This document shows positions 61,184-64,000 of a stretch of DNA of 64,000 bases, one piece after another (the first letter of the stretch is position 1; each line of letters begins with the position of its first letter). A program made the position numbers and the translations under genes. This DNA comes from Sphingomonadales bacterium (GTDB lineage: Bacteria; Pseudomonadota; Alphaproteobacteria; Sphingomonadales; Sphingomonadaceae), in NCBI GenBank assembly GCA_034668385.1, contig JAXDPL010000077.1, positions 3,330 to 67,329 of the forward strand, read 5' to 3'. The notes under the pieces are model-generated. The model saw only the letters and a program-made list of their open reading frames with translations. It was not told the DNA's origin and made no database searches.

Positions 61184-61427
61184 CTTCTTCTCCGGCCACC
61201 GCATCGACGAACGCTACAAGGCGCGCAATGTACCACGGCTTGATCGGCCGGTGCGCCGGAACCGTCAGCATTTCGGCCTGGCTCTCATGCTTCACCTTGT
61301 AATGTGAGCCCTTGCGCGGCGGCGTGCAAGCAATCCCGAAGGCAAGGCAGACGGTCGCGACGTCCTCGATCCGCCAGTCGCGCGGATTAGTGCGCATCCG
61401 CTCCAGCAGCTTGTCCCCACGAGCCAC
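61164..61427 (-). CDS. hicA: HicA family toxin
   Basis: KGSHYKV.H....LTVP.H.PIK; overlaps hicB. Confidence 0.85.
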   Translation of the reverse strand: MARGDKLLERMRTNPRDWRIEDVATVCLAFGIACTPPRKGSHYKVKHESQAEMLTVPAHRPIKPWYIARLVAFVDAVAGEEDETSGF

Positions 61428-61513
61428 ACCCGGCGTTTATCGAAACTTTCCGGAAGACACCACGGCTTTTCGCTAAGCCCTCGTCAATCAAGCCTGTGGC
61501 GATCGGCCAAGTC

Positions 61514-61528
61514 TTAACGCTTCTTCAA
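61514..61528 (+). promoter_or_regulatory. CtrA-like box
   Basis: TTAA-CGCTTCT-TCAA(CCAT) upstream of the 61587 CDS. Confidence 0.45.
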
Positions 61529-61586
61529 CCATGACCGGTGCATCCCTCGGCTCACTCACTGGGGCAGAAGAGGCAAGGACCGCCTG

Positions 61587-62870
61587 ATGGACAGCCTGCG
61601 GGCATTCGACGAGGATCCGGCCTACGCGCCTTCCGACGAGGTCGAGGACGCGATCGAGGCGCCGCCCGAGATCGGCGTCGACGAGCGCCGCATGCACGTG
61701 CGCGCCTACAATTACTGGGTGTCGCTGCTCGATGGGCGCCCCTTCCCCTCGATCCGCGACCTCGACCCGCAGACCATCGACGATTTCGGCCCCAACAGCG
61801 TGCTGCTCGATTTCACCGAAGGCGCCGACGACGCCAAGGTCGCCTGGCTCGGCCGGGCGCTGCGCGAGGAATGCGACCTCCTGGGCGACATCCGCCGGAT
61901 CAGCGACGTTCCCAAGCGCTCGCTCCTGTCTCGGCTCACCGACCATTATATGCAGATCATCGCCAACCAGGCGCCGATCGGCTTCGAGGCCGAGTTCGTC
62001 GGCCAGCGCGGCCAGAACACCATGTACCGCGGCATCCTGATGCCCTTCTCGTCGACCGGCGAGACGATCGACTTCATCTACGGGGTGATCAACTGGAAGG
62101 AGGTCGCCGACAGCGCGACGACCGCCGGGATCGCCCGCGAGGCGCGCTCGGCGCTCGCCGCCGCCCCCGCCCCGGTGGAAGCCAGCCCGGTCTGGGCCGA
62201 CGGCCCCAATTCGGAACCGCCCGAGCCCGCCAACGTCGCCCCGGCGGCCGATGAGCCGCTCTGGGACGAACCGGGCCTGCCCTTCGAGGCCGGCCTGGCC
62301 GATCGTCTCTGCGCCGCGCGCGAATGCGCCGAGGCGGCGACGGGCGCCGAGGCGCGCAGCCGCGCCGCCCTCTACCGCGCGCTGGGCCATGCCTACGATT
62401 TCGCGCTCGCCGCCGAGGCGGAGCCGGCCGATTATGCCGAGATGCTCGAGGATGCCGGGATCAAGCCGCAGGCGCGCGCGCCGATGACCGCGGTCGCCAA
62501 GCTCGTCTTCGGCGCCAGGTGCGACAAGGCCAGGCTCACCGAATTCGCCGCCGCCCTGAGCTGGGCGAAGCGCGAGGCGCTGCCGATGGGCGGCTTCGCC
62601 GGCCGGCTCGAGTCGACCGAAGGGGGCCTCAAGGCGATCGTCGCGGCCGAACGCCGGGCACGCCGCCCCGAAGCCGGGCCCCACAGTGGCGAAACCGCCC
62701 GCGTCTCGCTTCGCGGCATGCGTCCGCTCGGCCACGTCGCGGTCGAAGCGGGCGACGACGAGTTCGTCCTCCTCGTCGGCCGCCGAGACGAGGTGGGCGG
62801 CGTGGCGGTGCTCGCGCGGGTCGCCGACCCGGCCCTGCTCGAACGCGCCATTCGCAAGGCGGCGGCCTAG
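61587..62870 (+). CDS. Conserved hypothetical protein with N-terminal PAS-like domain
   Basis: ERRMHVRAYNYWVSLL.GR.FPS..DL, SLLSRLTDHY, YRGILMPFSS.G..IDFIYGVINWK. Confidence 0.8.
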   Translation: MDSLRAFDEDPAYAPSDEVEDAIEAPPEIGVDERRMHVRAYNYWVSLLDGRPFPSIRDLDPQTIDDFGPNSVLLDFTEGADDAKVAWLGRALREECDLLGDIRRISDVPKRSLLSRLTDHYMQIIANQAPIGFEAEFVGQRGQNTMYRGILMPFSSTGETIDFIYGVINWKEVADSATTAGIAREARSALAAAPAPVEASPVWADGPNSEPPEPANVAPAADEPLWDEPGLPFEAGLADRLCAARECAEAATGAEARSRAALYRALGHAYDFALAAEAEPADYAEMLEDAGIKPQARAPMTAVAKLVFGARCDKARLTEFAAALSWAKREALPMGGFAGRLESTEGGLKAIVAAERRARRPEAGPHSGETARVSLRGMRPLGHVAVEAGDDEFVLLVGRRDEVGGVAVLARVADPALLERAIRKAAA

Positions 62871-62969
62871 CACCAGCCCAAAGGGTTGCCCCTCCCGCCC
62901 CGCGGGAGCATAGGGCCCGGCGACGAACAGCCGGCGGCCTCCACGCGGCCGCGCCTTCGGGAGCCAATT

Positions 62970-64000
62970 ATGAGTTCGGACAGCATGGTCGCGGACAAGC
63001 AAGCCGCAGACGTGCAGATTGTCGATTTCCTCGCCCACGCTTTGGTCGACGGCGCTCTGCCCGGGGAGATCGTGGGCCTTACCGACGAAGACCGCATTGC
63101 GGCCGCCCAGTTCCTCGCCTCGTGCGCATCCCGACGTCCGCCCGGTCTCGCCCTCATCCGCCTCGAATCGACGAGCGGCGTGCTCGGTCATCGCCGGATG
63201 CGGATCGCGATCGTCAACGACGACATGCCGTTCCTGGTCGATTCCGTGGCCAACGCGCTCGCCGCGCGCGGCCTCATCGTTCACCGCCTTCTCCACCCCG
63301 TGGTCTGCGTCGAGCGCGACGCGGGCGATTGCCTCGTCTCCATCGAGCCGCTCTGCGACGGGCCCAAGCGGCGGGAATCGATGATGTACCTCGAGGTCGA
63401 CCGCGCCGGCGGCCGCGACCGGCGCGAGATCGTCGCCGAACTGCACCGGGTCCTCGCCGACGTGCGCGCCGCGGTCTCCGACTGGCGCACGATGCAGGCG
63501 CGGATGCGCTCCGATGCCGAGGGAATCGACGATCCCGAGGGCGCGGCCCTGCTGCGCTGGTTCGCCGACGGCGCGATGACCCTGCTCGGCTACCATGTCG
63601 AGCGGCCGACCGGCCAGCCGACCGAGGCGCTCGGCCTGTTCCGGCTGCCGGGCGAGCCGACCGACGAAGGCGGCGCGCTCGGCGCGATGCGCTGGCTGGA
63701 GGCCCATTCCGCCCCGCTCGTCGCCAAGGCCGATCGCCGCTCCACGATCCACCGACGCGTGCCGCTCGACCTCGTCGTCGTGCCGATCCGCCAAGGAGGC
63801 AAGGTGACCGGGATCGGGGTCCATGCGGGTCTGTGGACCAGCGAGGCGCTGACCGCGCCGGTCGAGGAGGTGCCGGTGCTCCGCCGCACCCTCGCCGCGC
63901 TCGAGGAGGAGTTCCGCTTCGACCCGCGCGGCCACAGCGGCAAGGCGCTCCGCCACGCCGTCACCGCTTTGCCGAGGGACCTGCTCGTCAACCTCGGCCG
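62970..64000 (+). CDS. NAD-specific glutamate dehydrogenase (large form), truncated by the window end
   Basis: Manual translation: IVNDDMPFLVDSV, LHPV, ESMMYLEVD, DVRAAVSDW..M, STIHRR, GHSGKAL. Confidence 0.88.
   Translation, partial: MSSDSMVADKQAADVQIVDFLAHALVDGALPGEIVGLTDEDRIAAAQFLASCASRRPPGLALIRLESTSGVLGHRRMRIAIVNDDMPFLVDSVANALAARGLIVHRLLHPVVCVERDAGDCLVSIEPLCDGPKRRESMMYLEVDRAGGRDRREIVAELHRVLADVRAAVSDWRTMQARMRSDAEGIDDPEGAALLRWFADGAMTLLGYHVERPTGQPTEALGLFRLPGEPTDEGGALGAMRWLEAHSAPLVAKADRRSTIHRRVPLDLVVVPIRQGGKVTGIGVHAGLWTSEALTAPVEEVPVLRRTLAALEEEFRFDPRGHSGKALRHAVTALPRDLLVNLG

Overview
GC-rich alphaproteobacterial chromosome, most likely Sphingomonadaceae, judged from gene content: UrcA, SciP, imuA-imuB-dnaE2 with an alpha-type LexA box, TonB-ExbB-ExbD2, large NAD-GDH. 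About 60 CDSs are present, mostly housekeeping (parC, CCA enzyme, folB, phaZ, fumC, sspB, queG, mnmA), plus tRNA-Thr(CGT) and hicAB. An accessory-looking block at about 43-61 kb holds a reduced VirB type IV secretion system (virB2,3,4,6,8,9,10,11; no virB1/5/7, virD4 or relaxase in the window), a second divergent pilin gene, and alpha-2-macroglobulin with pbpC. The most unusual element is the 335-nt virB2-virB3 spacer. It is an almost fully nested multi-branched fold closed by a 32-bp inverted repeat that joins the virB2 stop to the virB3 start and covers the virB3 RBS. It is also open in the virB2 reading frame up to an ATGA overlap with virB3. It contains a 64-nt T-shaped module that recurs, with compensatory changes, at 24.8 kb. 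Dispersed palindromic repeats are concentrated in the SOS mutagenesis cassette, and two sit in-frame inside imuB and dnaE2. A PagL-like gene is frameshifted. Family assignments come from recognising motifs by eye; no database searches were run.
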